Below are positions 58,574 through 59,861 of a DNA stretch of 59,861 nucleotides, in pieces. Source of the DNA: Candidatus Daviesbacteria bacterium (GTDB lineage Bacteria > Patescibacteriota > Microgenomatia > Daviesbacterales > UBA10151); contig JACPKP010000001.1 of NCBI GenBank assembly GCA_016186955.1, forward strand, positions 1 through 59,861, in the 5' to 3' direction. The translations under genes were made by a program, and so were the position numbers. How positions within the stretch are numbered: position 1 is the first letter of the stretch; each line of letters starts with the position of its first letter. A model generated the notes under the pieces. The model was given only the letters and a program-made list of their open reading frames with translations. It had not been told where the DNA came from and made no database searches.

Positions 58574-59386
58574 ATGGAAACTGATTCATTTGGTAGTTTT
58601 AAAACAAAAAATTTATTTTCGGAATGCAATTTATCCCTGCCGTTGAGGCAACTCTATCTTGATCTTGTAAGTCCACTGGAAGGGATGGAAGAATTATGTT
58701 TGAGTAAAAGAAATATAACGATAAAGATTCCAAAGCCCGGCGCTAAATACTGGGAACAGGCAGCATCCATGGTAAACTTTGGATATAATAGGCTTTATCT
58801 TAAGGGTTCAGATTCTACTGTTGATTTAGAAGGGGAGGGTTCTGACCGGTCAGATTTAAACTTGACTGTGGTAGCTATTGATAAGTTTGGAGATAAAGAG
58901 ATCGTAGTTGGCACACACCGTTTGGTTTTTAGCAATAACTTGGAGGTTTTCCGTCTTTTCGAGGCAGCTCCGGGTAATAAATGGTTGCATGAGCAAAGGG
59001 GCGGGACGGGTATGATGGCGGAATACACCAGATTGGCCTTTCATCCGTTAATTGATGCTTTAATAAAAAACTTGCCGGCTGAACAGAAACAAACTGTTTA
59101 TGACTACAGAAAATGGATTATGAAAAACTTATGGGTATTTAGCCAGGGTGCAATGAAAGGATTGGGTGTTGAAGTAGCATATCTGATTTTGGCTCCCAAT
59201 GTAAACAGGTTTTTGAGAAGATCGAACCTCTTCTCAACAGAATTATCTGGGGTTGTTCCCAGCAGGAATGAATATTCCCGGGAGATTAGGGAGAAATTTA
59301 AGGAGTACTGGAAGCCGGATGCAGAACCTCAGGATCGGCCTAAGGTTTATCTAGCGCCGCGGGTATTTTCCGATGACAAAGATTAA
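58574..59386 (+). CDS. hypothetical protein, possibly GNAT-fold N-acyl amino-acid synthase-like
   Basis: 270-aa ORF. GTHRLVF...MMAEYTRLAFHP is reminiscent of the FeeM/autoinducer-synthase-like GNAT families. Weak call. Confidence 0.4.
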   Translation: METDSFGSFKTKNLFSECNLSLPLRQLYLDLVSPLEGMEELCLSKRNITIKIPKPGAKYWEQAASMVNFGYNRLYLKGSDSTVDLEGEGSDRSDLNLTVVAIDKFGDKEIVVGTHRLVFSNNLEVFRLFEAAPGNKWLHEQRGGTGMMAEYTRLAFHPLIDALIKNLPAEQKQTVYDYRKWIMKNLWVFSQGAMKGLGVEVAYLILAPNVNRFLRRSNLFSTELSGVVPSRNEYSREIREKFKEYWKPDAEPQDRPKVYLAPRVFSDDKD

Positions 59387-59861
59387 AAAAAACAATCCTT
59401 TTCTTGGTTACCCAACCGCACCGTTAATTTATCAGGCGGAAAAAGCATTTAAACAAGCTACATTAAAATTACAGGGTAAAAACATCTTGTTCAGGCCTCC
59501 TAAGGCAGATGTCAAAATACTGGGTTTTAAAAAAAAATTAATTAGGCCATATAACCTTTATTTATCACTTTCCCAGGAGATGGAAGGATTGAATGAAGCC
59601 CTTGAGGATGCTGAAGCAGGGAGAGGTTTAAGAAGGGTTTTTGATCCAGAATGGGAAAAATTTAGACAGTTAAGGGAAATAAACAAAGAACATCTATACG
59701 GTGTCTATGTTTTTTATCCTGCCAAAGGGGATCTAGTGCAATTTGCGCCGGAATACCTTCATAGGTTAAACCTGGTCACAAGCAACGCAACCCTATACCA
59801 AGATCCGGAATATAAAATGGGTTGGGATAAGGTGCGGGAAATTTATGACGATCTGGTTATA
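59373..59861 (+). CDS. hypothetical protein, 3'-truncated by the window end
   Basis: The ATG at 59373 overlaps the upstream gene by 14 nt. The frame stays open for 163 codons to the last base (MTKIKKNNPFLGYPTAPLIYQAEK...). It is absent from the ORF track because no stop is reached. Confidence 0.55.
   Translation, partial: MTKIKKNNPFLGYPTAPLIYQAEKAFKQATLKLQGKNILFRPPKADVKILGFKKKLIRPYNLYLSLSQEMEGLNEALEDAEAGRGLRRVFDPEWEKFRQLREINKEHLYGVYVFYPAKGDLVQFAPEYLHRLNLVTSNATLYQDPEYKMGWDKVREIYDDLVI

Noticed and set aside
1-59861. Alternative genetic code (UGA recoded as Gly, as in some Patescibacteria-related lineages).
   Set aside because: TGA ends many homology-supported genes at the expected length (efp, the 4414..6249 gene and others) and forms ATGA stop/start overlaps. 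Conserved proteins show no in-frame TGA.

Overview
AT-rich bacterial chromosome fragment. Gene content looks like a reduced Candidate-Phyla-Radiation/Patescibacteria-type genome; that is my inference, not a database result. The standard genetic code applies, since TGA is used as a stop, for example in ATGA stop/start overlaps. I saw no rRNA, CRISPR array, transposase, integrase or phage structural genes, and one tRNA, tRNA-Leu(CAA). Positions 127-21831 form an accessory region of secreted or membrane-anchored proteins of unknown function, arranged as duplicated modules: three family-A paralogs, two FecR-like C-terminally anchored proteins, two ~600-aa glycine-rich proteins, a 4-TM protein plus a truncated copy, three PsbP/DcrB-like paralogs and three adjacent HExxH proteins. 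Positions 21.9-25.5 kb hold a small AT-rich islet with nuclease-like and TIR-like genes. The rest is mostly housekeeping: ychF, dCMP deaminase, rpsF-ssb-rpsR, a CphA-like ATP-grasp, CtpA and HtrA proteases, prmC-prfA, rpmE, GNAT-fused hisS, an M20 peptidase, an RpoD-like sigma factor, dnaB, nucleotide-salvage kinases, a PilX-like protein, efp, galU, lgt and a DksA/TraR protein. The main unusual signals are: (1) the paralogous surface-protein island, with a recurrent N-terminal ..NQKG[IVF]xPL.. motif and a conserved C-terminal anchor; (2) short palindromic or TIR-bounded repeats sitting in frame inside conserved genes (ychF, rpsF, prmC and others); (3) many genes with a -10-like hexamer 6-8 nt before the start codon and no SD, suggesting leaderless mRNAs; (4) a GNAT-HisRS fusion preceded by a promoter, a structured leader and a terminator with a T-box-like core; (5) a sigma factor with a duplicated HTH/zinc-ribbon N-terminus; (6) perfect coding tandem repeats. 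All functional calls come from motif recognition by eye and need profile or structure searches.
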